The notes under the pieces: generated by a model
What the model saw: the letters and a program-made list of their open reading frames with translations, nothing else
What the model was told of the DNA's origin: nothing
The model's database searches: none
DNA from: an uncultured Chloroflexia bacterium
GTDB lineage: Bacteria > Chloroflexota > Limnocylindria > Limnocylindrales > CSP1-4
Reading direction: 5' to 3'
NCBI GenBank assembly: GCA_963749705.1
Contig: CAVVNQ010000015.1
Coordinates: forward strand, 384,001-448,000
Length of the DNA: 64,000 bases
Part shown: piece by piece, positions 10,637 through 20,101 of the stretch
How positions within the stretch are numbered: the stretch's first letter is position 1
Layout: each line of letters starts with the position of its first letter
Made by a program: the position numbers and the translations under genes

Positions 10637-12127
10637 ATGGCGTACGTCATCGGGATCGACGCATCCACGACGGCGACCAAGGCCGTCCTGATCGACGAGG
10701 CCGGCGCCGTGGCCGGCATCGGCGTGTCCGAGTACGGGTTCGACCAGCCCCATCCGCTGTGGAGCGAGCAGGACCCGCGGCTGTGGTGGGACGGCGCCGT
10801 GACTGCGATCCGCGCCGTCCTGGCGTCCTCGGGCGCGGACGCGGCCGACGTTCGGGCGATCGGGCTCACCGGCCAGATGCACGGGCTCGTCATGCTCGAC
10901 CGCGACGGCCAGGTGCTGCGGCCGGCGATCCTGTGGAACGACCAGCGCACGGGCGCCGAATGCGACGCGATCCGCGCCGCGGTGGGCCCGGAGCGGCTGG
11001 TGCAGACCACGGGGAACGACGCGCTGACCGGGTTCACGGCCCCCAAGCTGGCGTGGGTCCGGGACCACGAGCCGGACGTCTGGCGGCAGGTCGCCCACGT
11101 CCTCCTCCCCAAGGACTACGTCCGGTTCCGGCTGACCGGGGACTACGCCACGGACAAGGCCGGGGGATCGGGCACGATCCTGTTCGACCTTGGCGCGCGC
11201 GACTGGTCGCCGCTGATGCTGGAGGCGCTGGGCATCGACCCCGGCTGGATGCCGCCGACGTTCGAGGGCCCCGACGTGACGGGCGCCGTGTCGGTGTCGG
11301 GGGCGGATGCGACGGGGCTGCGAGCCGGGACGCCGGTCGTGGCGGGCGGCGGTGACCAGGCCGCGAACGCGGTCGGTGTGGGCGTCGTGAACCCCGGGCG
11401 GATGGCGCTGTCGCTGGGTACGTCGGGGGTCGTGTTCGCGGCGACCGACCGCCCGCTGTACGAGCCGGCCGGGCGGGTGCACGCGTTCTGCCACGCCGTC
11501 CCGGGCCGCTGGCACCTGATGTCGGTCATGCTCTCGGCGGCCGGCAGCCTGCGCTGGTTCCGCGACGCCGTCGCGCCCGGCGTCGACTTCGGCGACCTCA
11601 CCGCGGCCGCCGCGGAGGTCCCGGCGGGCAGCGACGGGCTCCAGTTCCTGCCGTACCTGTCGGGGGAGCGGAGCCCGCATCCCGATCCTCTGGCGCGCGG
11701 GGCGTTCGTGGGTCTCACGCTCGCCCACGACCGGCGCCACCTCGCCAGAGCGGTGCTCGAGGGCGTCGCATACGGACTGCGCGATGGCCTGGATCTCATG
11801 ATCGAGGCCGGCATGCCGGCTCCCGACCAGATCCGTGCTTCGGGTGGCGGCACGGCCAGCCCGCTGTGGCGCCAGGTCCTCGCGGACGTCCTGGGCGCCG
11901 AGATCGCGACCGTCAGCACCACCGAGGGCGCCGCGTATGGCGCGGGGCTGCTGGGGGCCGTCGGGGCGGGCTGGTTCCCCACGGTCGATGCCGCCGCCGA
12001 CGCGGTGATCCGGGTGTCGCCGGTCGCCGAGCCTGGGCCGGACACGCCGAGGTACGCCGAGGCGCACCGGATCTACCGGGGCCTGTACCCCGCGCTGGCG
12101 CCGGCGTTCCACCGGCTCGGCGGCTGA
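10637..12127 (+). CDS. xylB: Xylulokinase (FGGY family)
   Basis: GLTGQMHG, AILWNDQR, LLPKDY, GGGDQAA, FLPYLSGERSP; follows xylA. Confidence 0.95.
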   Translation: MAYVIGIDASTTATKAVLIDEAGAVAGIGVSEYGFDQPHPLWSEQDPRLWWDGAVTAIRAVLASSGADAADVRAIGLTGQMHGLVMLDRDGQVLRPAILWNDQRTGAECDAIRAAVGPERLVQTTGNDALTGFTAPKLAWVRDHEPDVWRQVAHVLLPKDYVRFRLTGDYATDKAGGSGTILFDLGARDWSPLMLEALGIDPGWMPPTFEGPDVTGAVSVSGADATGLRAGTPVVAGGGDQAANAVGVGVVNPGRMALSLGTSGVVFAATDRPLYEPAGRVHAFCHAVPGRWHLMSVMLSAAGSLRWFRDAVAPGVDFGDLTAAAAEVPAGSDGLQFLPYLSGERSPHPDPLARGAFVGLTLAHDRRHLARAVLEGVAYGLRDGLDLMIEAGMPAPDQIRASGGGTASPLWRQVLADVLGAEIATVSTTEGAAYGAGLLGAVGAGWFPTVDAAADAVIRVSPVAEPGPDTPRYAEAHRIYRGLYPALAPAFHRLGG

Positions 12128-12167
12128 CGCCGGCCTGTGACCGCGGCCGCCGGGGCGCCGATCGAGG

Positions 12168-12962
12168 CTAGCCGCGCAGCTCGATCGCGGCCTTGTCGGT
12201 GTCGGTGACCTCGTCGGGCTGCTTGCCCAGGATGATCATGCCCAGCACCTCGTCAGCGGTGACCGATGCCTTGTCGACCGTGCCCACGATCTCCCCGTGG
12301 TACATGACGGCGATGCGCTCGGACAGGTCGAACACGTCGTGGATGTCATGGCTGATCAGGAAGATCCCGATGCCCTCGCTCTTGAGCTGCCGGATCAGGT
12401 TGCGCACCTGCGCCGTCTCGGCGGGACCGAGCGCCGCCGTCGGCTCGTCCATGATCAGGATCCGGGCGTTGAAGTAGACCGCGCGCGCGATCGCGACGGC
12501 CTGGCGCTGGCCGCCGGAGAGCGACTTCACGGGCATCTTGAAGCGCGTGAAGTTGGGGTTCAGGCGCCCCATCACCTTGCGCGTCTCGGCCTCCATGGCC
12601 GTGTCGTTCATGGATCCCAGGCGGGTGGTCTTCTCGCGGCCCAGGAACAGGTTGCCGGGCGCGTCGATGTTGTCGGCGAGGGCCAGCGTCTGATAGATGG
12701 TCTCGATGTTGAACCGCTTGGCGTCGCGCGGGTTCCGGATCGTAACGGGCGTGCCGTTGACCCGGATCTGGCCGCTGTCCGCCGGGTGTGCTCCCGAGAG
12801 CACCCGCATCAGCGTTGACTTGCCGGCGCCATTGCCGCCGACGAGGCCGATGACCTCGCCGGCGTACAGGTTGATGCTCACGTCCCTGACGGCATGCACG
12901 CCACCGAACGCGACGCTGATGTTGCGCATCTCGACGAGCGGCGTGCGCTCCGCGACGGTCAT
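12168..12962 (-). CDS. Sugar ABC transporter ATP-binding protein (single NBD)
   Basis: GGNGAGKST Walker A, LSGGQRQ signature, IMDEPT, ISH; ATG after AAGGAGGA. Confidence 0.93.
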   Translation of the reverse strand: MTVAERTPLVEMRNISVAFGGVHAVRDVSINLYAGEVIGLVGGNGAGKSTLMRVLSGAHPADSGQIRVNGTPVTIRNPRDAKRFNIETIYQTLALADNIDAPGNLFLGREKTTRLGSMNDTAMEAETRKVMGRLNPNFTRFKMPVKSLSGGQRQAVAIARAVYFNARILIMDEPTAALGPAETAQVRNLIRQLKSEGIGIFLISHDIHDVFDLSERIAVMYHGEIVGTVDKASVTADEVLGMIILGKQPDEVTDTDKAAIELRG

Positions 12963-12982
12963 CGGTCGTTCCTCCTTGCCGT

Positions 12983-14305
12983 TCACGAACCGCGCCGGCG
13001 GTTGAAGGTGTCCAACCCGACGGCCAGGATGAGCACGACGCCTGCCGCCACGTTCTGGCCCGGCGAGTTGACGCCCACGAAGCTCAGCCCGTAGGCGAGC
13101 GACTGCATCACGAACGCGCCGAGCACGGCCCCCGGGATCGTCCCGATCCCACCGGCGAACGAGGTGCCGCCGACCACAGCCGCGGCGATCACGTACAGCT
13201 CGTAGCTCTGGCCGATGTCGAGCGTCGCTCCATTGAGGCGTGCCGATGCGATGGCGGCCGCGAGGGCGCACAGGATCCCCATCACGATGAACGTCTTCAT
13301 GATCGTCCAGCGCGTGTTGATGCCCGCCAGCTCAGCCGCGTCGGGATTGCCACCGTACGCGTAGACGTATCGTCCGAACCGTCGTCGGTTGGCCATGAAC
13401 GTCATGACCAGGGTCACGCCGACCAGAAGCATGATCGGATCCGGGAAACCGGTCGGGATGTTCCAGCCGCCCTGGGGTGCGGGCCCCCAGCCCTGCTCGG
13501 TGGCAATCCGGGTGGCGAGGCCCTCGGGCCAGAGGTTCGCATTGGCGAACGCCGCCAGCCCGATCATCACGAGGCAGCCGACCCCACCGATCAGGATCTC
13601 CGCCCACATCGGTCGCACAGGGAAGTCGAACCGCCGACGTTGACGCCGGCCGTTGAACAGGAACACCACGATGGCGAGGCAGCCGACGATGCCGAGGCCC
13701 CAGGTCAGCGTTCCGCCGATCGATCCCTGGGCGCCACCACCGATGAGCTGGAAGGTGGGATCGAGGCCTGACACGGCCGCGCCGCTCGAGAGGTACCAGA
13801 CCAGACCGCGAATGGACAGCAGGCCGCCGAGGGTGACGATGAACGACGGCACGCCGATGTACGCGATGATGAAGCCCTGGAGCGCGCCGAAGCCCGCCCC
13901 GATCGCGATGCCGATCGCCAGCGCGATGGCCCAGCGGAACGGGAAGTCGACGCCCATCCCGAGGATGTTCGGGAGCCAGTCGGTCATCAGCAGCGCATAG
14001 CTCATCGCGACGAAGCCGACGAGGGACCCGACCGACAGGTCGATGTTGCGCGACACGATGACCAGGACCATTCCGGTCGCGATGATCGCGACCCCGGAGG
14101 CCTGGACGGCGAGCGTGACCATGTTGGTCGGCTGGAAGAACCGGCCGTCGACGAAGTTGAAGCCAAACAGGATCGCGGCCAGGGCGACCAGCATGCCGAA
14201 CAGGCGGAAGTCGAGCTCGGTCGCGGCCAGCAGGCTGCTGATTGAGGTGCGGGCAGGGGGTGGGGACTTCGCCTTGCCTGGAGCCGATTCAGCCACGTTC
14301 GTCAC
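12983..14305 (-). CDS. Sugar (xylose) ABC transporter permease, XylH-like
   Basis: [41 protein letters not shown]; multiple TM helices. Confidence 0.92.
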   Translation of the reverse strand: MTNVAESAPGKAKSPPPARTSISSLLAATELDFRLFGMLVALAAILFGFNFVDGRFFQPTNMVTLAVQASGVAIIATGMVLVIVSRNIDLSVGSLVGFVAMSYALLMTDWLPNILGMGVDFPFRWAIALAIGIAIGAGFGALQGFIIAYIGVPSFIVTLGGLLSIRGLVWYLSSGAAVSGLDPTFQLIGGGAQGSIGGTLTWGLGIVGCLAIVVFLFNGRRQRRRFDFPVRPMWAEILIGGVGCLVMIGLAAFANANLWPEGLATRIATEQGWGPAPQGGWNIPTGFPDPIMLLVGVTLVMTFMANRRRFGRYVYAYGGNPDAAELAGINTRWTIMKTFIVMGILCALAAAIASARLNGATLDIGQSYELYVIAAAVVGGTSFAGGIGTIPGAVLGAFVMQSLAYGLSFVGVNSPGQNVAAGVVLILAVGLDTFNRRRGS

Positions 14306-14337
14306 GGCGATCCCTCCGGTCCCTGGCTAGAGAGAAT

Positions 14338-14368
14338 GCGACCTGCGCGTCGGGGACGCGCAGGTCGC
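14338..14368. terminator. 14-bp perfect hairpin between the SBP and permease genes (mRNA stabiliser or partial terminator)
   Basis: GCGACCTGCGCGTC-GGG-GACGCGCAGGTCGC. Confidence 0.7.
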
Positions 14369-14393
14369 TGGCTACGTCAGTGGTTGGGGATGG

Positions 14394-15578
14394 TCACTTG
14401 CAGGCGGCGGGTGCCGTCGCTGCGTCGACGCCCTTGCACAGGTCGGCCTTGGTGATCTGGCCGGCGTCGATAGCCACCTGCAGGTTGTCCGCGGTGAGCG
14501 GCGTGGGCTGCAGGATGAACGACTTCACCACGGTCCCGTTCGGGGTCGTGAAGTCCTTCGCGGAGAGACCGGCGGCCGGCGCGACCGTCGGGTCGAGGAG
14601 ACCGTCGGGAAGCGTCAGGTCGGCCATCGCCGTGCCGGCGCAGAGGGCGAGCGCAGCGGCACCCGCCGCCTTGCCCAGCTCGTTGGCGTTCTTGAACACG
14701 TCGACGTACTGCTTGCCCAGGGCGACGTTGTTCAGGTTGGCGGGATCGCCGTCCTGGCCGCTGAGGGGCGGGTACCCGTAGCTCTTCTGAGTCAGGGCAC
14801 CGACCACGCCGAGGGCCGTGCTGTCGTTCTCCGCCAGGATGGCATCGATCTTGTTGCCGTCGGCGACGGCCTTGTCGATGATGGCTTCCATGTTGGACTG
14901 GGCCTTCTCGGTCTTCCACGCGTCGGTGAACGTGCCGTCAGGTCCGTTGAGGATCTTGATGTCGCCGGAGGCGACCTTGTCCTTCAGCCCGGCCTCGTCC
15001 CAGCCCTGCGGCAGGAAGGTCGACGCGTTCGGATCGCCCGGGTCGCCCTTGATCAGGACGTAGTTGCCGGTCGGGACCTTCTTGATGATCGCGTCCGCCT
15101 CGGCCTTGCCGACGAGGACGTTGTCGAAGGTCAGGTAGAGGATGCTCGGATCTTCGATCAGCCGGTCATAGGCGATGACCGGGATGCCCGCGTCCTTCGC
15201 CTTCTGGAGTGCCGGCAGGATCGCCTTGTTGTCCTGCGCAAGCAGCACCAGGACCTTGGCGCCCTGCGAGATCAGCGAGTCGACGTCGGTCAGCTGCTGC
15301 TCTGCGCTGAGGTTTGCGTCGGCGGAGATGTACTTCCCGCCGGCATCTTCCACGGTCTTCTTGAGGTTGGGCTCGTCATGCGCGGCCCATCGCGGCTGCT
15401 GGAAGTTGTTCCAGGACACGCCGACGATGCAGTCGGATGCCGTGGCGCTCGCCGCCGCGCTCGCGGCGGTGCTCGGCGCCGAGCTCTCGCCGGGCGACGT
15501 GGTCGCCGTCCCGCTCCCGCAGGCGGCGACGAAGATGGCCGTGGCGCCCAACAGGGCGGCGGCTTTGCGAAGGTTCAT
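14394..15578 (-). CDS. Sugar ABC transporter substrate-binding lipoprotein, XylF-like
   Basis: Lipobox VAAC, VGVSWNNFQQPRW, IPVIAYDRLI, FDNV, SGQDGD. Confidence 0.9.
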   Translation of the reverse strand: MNLRKAAALLGATAIFVAACGSGTATTSPGESSAPSTAASAAASATASDCIVGVSWNNFQQPRWAAHDEPNLKKTVEDAGGKYISADANLSAEQQLTDVDSLISQGAKVLVLLAQDNKAILPALQKAKDAGIPVIAYDRLIEDPSILYLTFDNVLVGKAEADAIIKKVPTGNYVLIKGDPGDPNASTFLPQGWDEAGLKDKVASGDIKILNGPDGTFTDAWKTEKAQSNMEAIIDKAVADGNKIDAILAENDSTALGVVGALTQKSYGYPPLSGQDGDPANLNNVALGKQYVDVFKNANELGKAAGAAALALCAGTAMADLTLPDGLLDPTVAPAAGLSAKDFTTPNGTVVKSFILQPTPLTADNLQVAIDAGQITKADLCKGVDAATAPAACK

Positions 15579-15708
15579 ATATCTCTCCTCCAATGGCGAC
15601 GACAACTTGTCGAGCGCCAGCACAGTGCCGCGCTACGGTACCCGATGAATCGTTCCTTCACATGCCCTCACTTGAAAGTCGCCGGTCAGGCATCGGGACC
15701 TCCGAGCC

Positions 15709-16944
15709 TCATGCGGTTGCCAGATGAACAGCGCCGGCTCGCTGGCTCATCCATGCGGACGGATCTGCCAGCAGCGGCTCGAAGGCCAGCTCCGCCGCGC
15801 CGAGCAGCGGGGCGTCGATGCCCAGGGTTGCCGGAACGATGCGCACCAGCTCGTGCGACGCCGGAAGGGCCCGGCGCGCAAGCTCACGCTCGAGCGAACC
15901 GGTCAGCAACGGCAGCAGCCGGCCGAACAGGCCGCCGAGCACGATCAGCCGCGGGTTGAGGACGTTGACCAGGCCGGCGAGGCCGGTGCCCAGCCATGTC
16001 CCGACGTGATCGAGCGCCTCGATCGCGAGCTCCGATCCGGCGGCGGCATCGGCCAGCACGCTGGACACGCCCGCCGGTCCATCCTGCGGCGATCGACCGG
16101 CCCGGGTCAGCAGGGTTCGCTCACCGACCTCGGTCTCCCAGCAGCCGATCGAGCCGCACCGGCAGGGCGAGCCCGCCGGGTTGACCGGCATGTGCCCGAT
16201 CTCGCCACCGAACCCTGCCGTCCCGGTCAGCGGCCGGCCACCGCTGATGATGCCGCCGCCGACCCCGACCTCGCCGGACACGAACAGCACGTCGTCGACG
16301 CCGATGGCGGCGCCGCGCCGGTGCTCCGCGAGCACGCCCAGGTCGGCCTCGTTGGCGACCGAGATCGGGACCGTCACGCCAAGGCGGCGAGCAAGCTCGG
16401 CGGCGAGCGAGACCTCGCCCCAGCCGAGGTTCGGCGCCATCGTGACCAGCCCGTCCTCACGCCGCACCACACCGACGATCGCGGCCCCGACGCCGATCAG
16501 GTTGTCGTCGATCGAGACGTCCGCGCGCAGCCCGTCGACGAGGCTCGCGATGTCGTCCAGGACATCGTCCGGCGACGAGGTGCCGCGGACGCGATCGGCT
16601 CGCACGAGCCGGATGACCTCGCCGCCCAGCCCGACGACGGCCACTGCCGTGGAGTCCACGGCGATCTCGATGGCGAGCACGACCGCGCTGTCGGGGTTGA
16701 GGCGCACGATCGGCGACGGACGGCCCGGCGTGCCCAGGGGCACGGCCGGCGTCTCCGACACGAGGCCCGCGATCTCGAGCTCGCCGACGAGCCCTCGGAT
16801 CGCGCTGCGCGTCAGGCCGGTGGTCGCGACAAGGCTCGAGCGGGAGACCGCGCCACGCTCGTGGAGCCCGCGGACGATCGCGCTCAGGTTCGCCCGGCGG
16901 ACCGTCTCGCTCCGCTGCCCGATGTCCGATCTCTCGATCCGCAA
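15709..16944 (-). CDS. ROK-family transcriptional regulator (XylR-like)
   Basis: N-terminal wHTH ending in GRP, ANEADLG, GVGGG, GEIGH, CRCGSIGCWE Zn motif; TTG start after AAAGGAA (alternative ATG at 16989). Confidence 0.9.
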   Translation of the reverse strand: MRIERSDIGQRSETVRRANLSAIVRGLHERGAVSRSSLVATTGLTRSAIRGLVGELEIAGLVSETPAVPLGTPGRPSPIVRLNPDSAVVLAIEIAVDSTAVAVVGLGGEVIRLVRADRVRGTSSPDDVLDDIASLVDGLRADVSIDDNLIGVGAAIVGVVRREDGLVTMAPNLGWGEVSLAAELARRLGVTVPISVANEADLGVLAEHRRGAAIGVDDVLFVSGEVGVGGGIISGGRPLTGTAGFGGEIGHMPVNPAGSPCRCGSIGCWETEVGERTLLTRAGRSPQDGPAGVSSVLADAAAGSELAIEALDHVGTWLGTGLAGLVNVLNPRLIVLGGLFGRLLPLLTGSLERELARRALPASHELVRIVPATLGIDAPLLGAAELAFEPLLADPSAWMSQRAGAVHLATA

Positions 16945-17097
16945 CGGTTTGTGTTCCTTTCGCCTAAATACTGTGCCAGACTCTTCCATGCGCGCCTGCG
17001 TGTCAAGTCTGGAGGTTGCGGATATGGGACAGGTCGAAGCCGGGATGAGCGCGGGCGTGGGGGCCGGTCGAGGACGGCCCGGGTCAGGAGCACGGCG

Positions 17098-18099
17098 ATG
17101 AGCGTGCCCGGCATCGTTCGCTGGGGCGTGCTCTCGACGGCGAACATCGCCGTGCGCAAGGTGATCCCGGGGATGCGCCGGGCGGCCAATGTCGAGGTGC
17201 TCGGGATCGCGTCACGGGACGCGGACCGGGCCCGGGTCGTCGCCGGCGAGCTGGGCATCCCGCGCGCCTACGGCACGTACGAGGACCTGCTCGCGGACCC
17301 CGACATCGACGCCGTGTACATCCCGTTGCCCAACCACCTCCATGCACGCTGGACGACCGAGGCGGCGCTCCACGGGAAGCACGTCCTGTGCGAGAAGCCC
17401 CTGGCCATGACCGCGGCTGATGCCCGCACGATGGTCGAGGTCTGCCGGGGTGCGGGCATCGTGCTCATGGAGGCGTTCATGTACCGCCTCCATCCATCGT
17501 GGGTGGCCGCCCGCGAGCTCGTGGCGTCGGGACGCATCGGGCGGTTGCGCGCGGTGGACAGCTGGTTCTCGTACTTCAACGATGACCCGGCCAACATCCG
17601 CAACATTCGCGAGGCCGGGGGCGGCGCCCTGTTCGACATCGGCAGCTATTCCGTCAACCTCTCGCGGATGCTGTACGACTCGGAGCCGGATGCCGTCAGG
17701 TCGGTCGTGCTCCGTGACCCGGTCAGCGGCGTCGACGTGGTGACGAGCGGGCTGCTGCGGTTCGGCGACGGCGTGGCCACGTTCACCTGCTCCACGCGCA
17801 GCGAGCCGGATCAGCGCGTCGACATCTACGGTGACCGGGGCCGGATCTCCATCGAGATCCCGTTCAACATCCCGCCCGACCGGCCGACCCGGATCTCCGT
17901 GATCGCCGGCGGCGACCCGCCCGTGGCTCCGGACGCCGAGGTGATCGAGTTCGAGACCCGGGATCCCTATGCGGAAGAGCTCGAGCTGCTGTCCGCGGCG
18001 ATCCTCGACGGCCGGCCGGCGCCGACCGCACCCGAGGATGCGGTGGGCAACCTGGAGGTCATCGAGGCGCTGTTCGCCGCGGCGGCCGAGGATCGCTGA
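17098..18099 (+). CDS. Gfo/Idh/MocA oxidoreductase (possible xylose dehydrogenase)
   Basis: WGVLSTANIA, AVYIPLPNHLH, GKHVLCEKP, EAFMYR, GGGALFDIG. Confidence 0.9.
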   Translation: MSVPGIVRWGVLSTANIAVRKVIPGMRRAANVEVLGIASRDADRARVVAGELGIPRAYGTYEDLLADPDIDAVYIPLPNHLHARWTTEAALHGKHVLCEKPLAMTAADARTMVEVCRGAGIVLMEAFMYRLHPSWVAARELVASGRIGRLRAVDSWFSYFNDDPANIRNIREAGGGALFDIGSYSVNLSRMLYDSEPDAVRSVVLRDPVSGVDVVTSGLLRFGDGVATFTCSTRSEPDQRVDIYGDRGRISIEIPFNIPPDRPTRISVIAGGDPPVAPDAEVIEFETRDPYAEELELLSAAILDGRPAPTAPEDAVGNLEVIEALFAAAAEDR

Positions 18100-18156
18100 C
18101 GGCGGTACGATCGCCGGGCCCGGTCCGCGCCCCGGCTCGGCGAGGAGGTTGATCGA

Positions 18157-20064
18157 ATGGCGGACCTTGCGCCCGCTCCCACGCCGCGCTCCCGGCCGGG
18201 CCGTCGGCGCGTGCTGGTCATCGCCGGCGCGCTGGTGATGCTGGCGGCGGTGGCCGGTGGCGTGGCGGTGAGCCGGCCATGGGCGAGCGCACCGACCTGC
18301 CCCGCGCCGGCGGAGCACCCCGAATGGTCGGTCGCGCGACGCTGGGACGAGGCGCTGCTCGATGCCATCCGGCGAGCCCTGCCGGCTCCGACGGTCCACG
18401 CCCGGAACCTGTTCCACACCTCGGTCGCGATGTGGGATGCGTGGGCGGCCTACGACGGGACCGCGATGGGCTACCTGGTCGACGCGAAGGCCACCGCCGG
18501 CGACGTTCCGGCAGCCCGTGACGAGGCGATCAGCTACGCGGCGTATCGGGTGCTGTCCGAGCGGTACATCGGGTCCGTGGGCGGCTCCGAATCGCTGTCC
18601 GAGTTCGCCGACCTGATGGATGCGCTGTGCTACCCGCTCGACGTGACCACGACCGAGGGCGACACGCCGGCCGCGCTCGGCAACCGGATCGCGGCCGCGA
18701 TCATCGCGTATGGCAGGACCGACGGGTCCAACGAGGACGGCGGCTACGCGGCGACCGATTACACGCCGGTCAATCCGCCGCTGCCCGTGGCATCGACGGG
18801 CACGACGATGACGGATCCGAACCGCTGGCAGCCGCTCCAGATCGAGCACATGATCTCCCAGAACGGCATCCCCGTGACCAATGGCGTCCAGCAGGCCGTC
18901 GGCCCGCACTGGGGCCACGTGACGTCGTTCGCGCTGCCGCCGGATACCGGCAACGGCGCCCCGATCGACCCGGGACCACCGCCCCACCTCGGCAACCCCG
19001 TCACCGACCAGGCGTTCAAGGAGGAGGCGATCCAGGTCATCCGCGACAGCAGCATGCTCGACCCCGGCGACGGCACGACGATCGACATCTCGCCGGCGTC
19101 GCTGGGCGGCAACTCGCTGGGTGCCAACGACGGGCACGGCCATGCGGTCAATCCGGCGACCGGACAGCCGTACCAGCCGGACGTCGTGCTCGAGGGCGAC
19201 TTCGGGCGGGTGATGGCGGAGTTCTGGGCCGACGGCCCGAGCTCCGAGACGCCGCCGGGTCACTGGAACGTGCTGGCCAATCTCGTCTCCGACGAGCTGT
19301 CGCCGGACCTGCGGATCGCGGGCCGGGGCGAGGCCGTCGACCGGCTCCAGTGGGACGTGAAGCTGTACCTCGCCGTCAACGGTGCCGTCCACGACGCTGC
19401 GATCGCCGCGTGGGGCCTCAAGGGCTACTACGACTCGACCCGCCCGATCTCGATGATCCGGTACATGGGCGGGCTGGGCCAGTCGAGCGATGCGTCGATG
19501 CCGTCCTACAACGCCGAGGGCCTGCCGCTGGAGCCGGGCCTGGTCGAGCTGGTCACGTCCGCGACGACCGCGCCGGGGCAGCGGCATGCCGCGCTCCGGG
19601 GCCACGAGGGCGAGATCGCGATCCGCGCCTGGACCGGGACGCCCGCCGATCCCCGGACCCAGGTGGGCGGTGTGGCCTGGATCCTCGCCGCCGACTGGGT
19701 GCCGTACCAGCTGCCGACGTTCGTGACGCCGTCGTTCCCGGGCTACATCTCAGGGCACAGCACGTTCAGCCGGGCGGCCGCCGAGGTGCTGACCGGGTTC
19801 ACGGGCAGCGAGTACTTTCCGGGCGGCATGAGCGGCTACACGATCAAGGCCGGATCGCTCAAGTTCGAACGCGGTCCGTCGACCGACATCCATCTCGAGT
19901 GGGCGACCTTCTTCGACGCGTCGGACCAGGCCGGCCAGTCGCGGCTGTGGGGCGGGATCCACATCCAGTCGGACGATTTCGCCGGGCGGCGGATCGGGTC
20001 CGCGTGTGGCATCGCCGCCTGGGCGCTGGCCCAGCGGTACTACGACGGGACGGCGGGCTCGTGA
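18157..20064 (+). CDS. Membrane-anchored/secreted vanadium-dependent haloperoxidase-like protein (PAP2 superfamily)
   Basis: N-terminal TM helix; KGYYDSTRP (KX6RP), FPGYISGHS, SRLWGGIHIQSD (SRX5HX3D). Confidence 0.82.
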   Translation: MADLAPAPTPRSRPGRRRVLVIAGALVMLAAVAGGVAVSRPWASAPTCPAPAEHPEWSVARRWDEALLDAIRRALPAPTVHARNLFHTSVAMWDAWAAYDGTAMGYLVDAKATAGDVPAARDEAISYAAYRVLSERYIGSVGGSESLSEFADLMDALCYPLDVTTTEGDTPAALGNRIAAAIIAYGRTDGSNEDGGYAATDYTPVNPPLPVASTGTTMTDPNRWQPLQIEHMISQNGIPVTNGVQQAVGPHWGHVTSFALPPDTGNGAPIDPGPPPHLGNPVTDQAFKEEAIQVIRDSSMLDPGDGTTIDISPASLGGNSLGANDGHGHAVNPATGQPYQPDVVLEGDFGRVMAEFWADGPSSETPPGHWNVLANLVSDELSPDLRIAGRGEAVDRLQWDVKLYLAVNGAVHDAAIAAWGLKGYYDSTRPISMIRYMGGLGQSSDASMPSYNAEGLPLEPGLVELVTSATTAPGQRHAALRGHEGEIAIRAWTGTPADPRTQVGGVAWILAADWVPYQLPTFVTPSFPGYISGHSTFSRAAAEVLTGFTGSEYFPGGMSGYTIKAGSLKFERGPSTDIHLEWATFFDASDQAGQSRLWGGIHIQSDDFAGRRIGSACGIAAWALAQRYYDGTAGS

Positions 20065-20101
20065 TCCGATGGCTCGGTCTGCGTCGGGCGGTCGTGGCGG
20101 C

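Noticed and set aside
17001-17006. TTGACA -35 for the ROK gene (minus strand)
   Set aside because: No convincing -10 at 16-18 bp spacing, so it was not called as a promoter.
15724-17097. N-terminal 458 codons of the 791-aa ORF
   Set aside because: Antisense to the ROK regulator; the real oxidoreductase starts at 17098 after an AGGAG SD.
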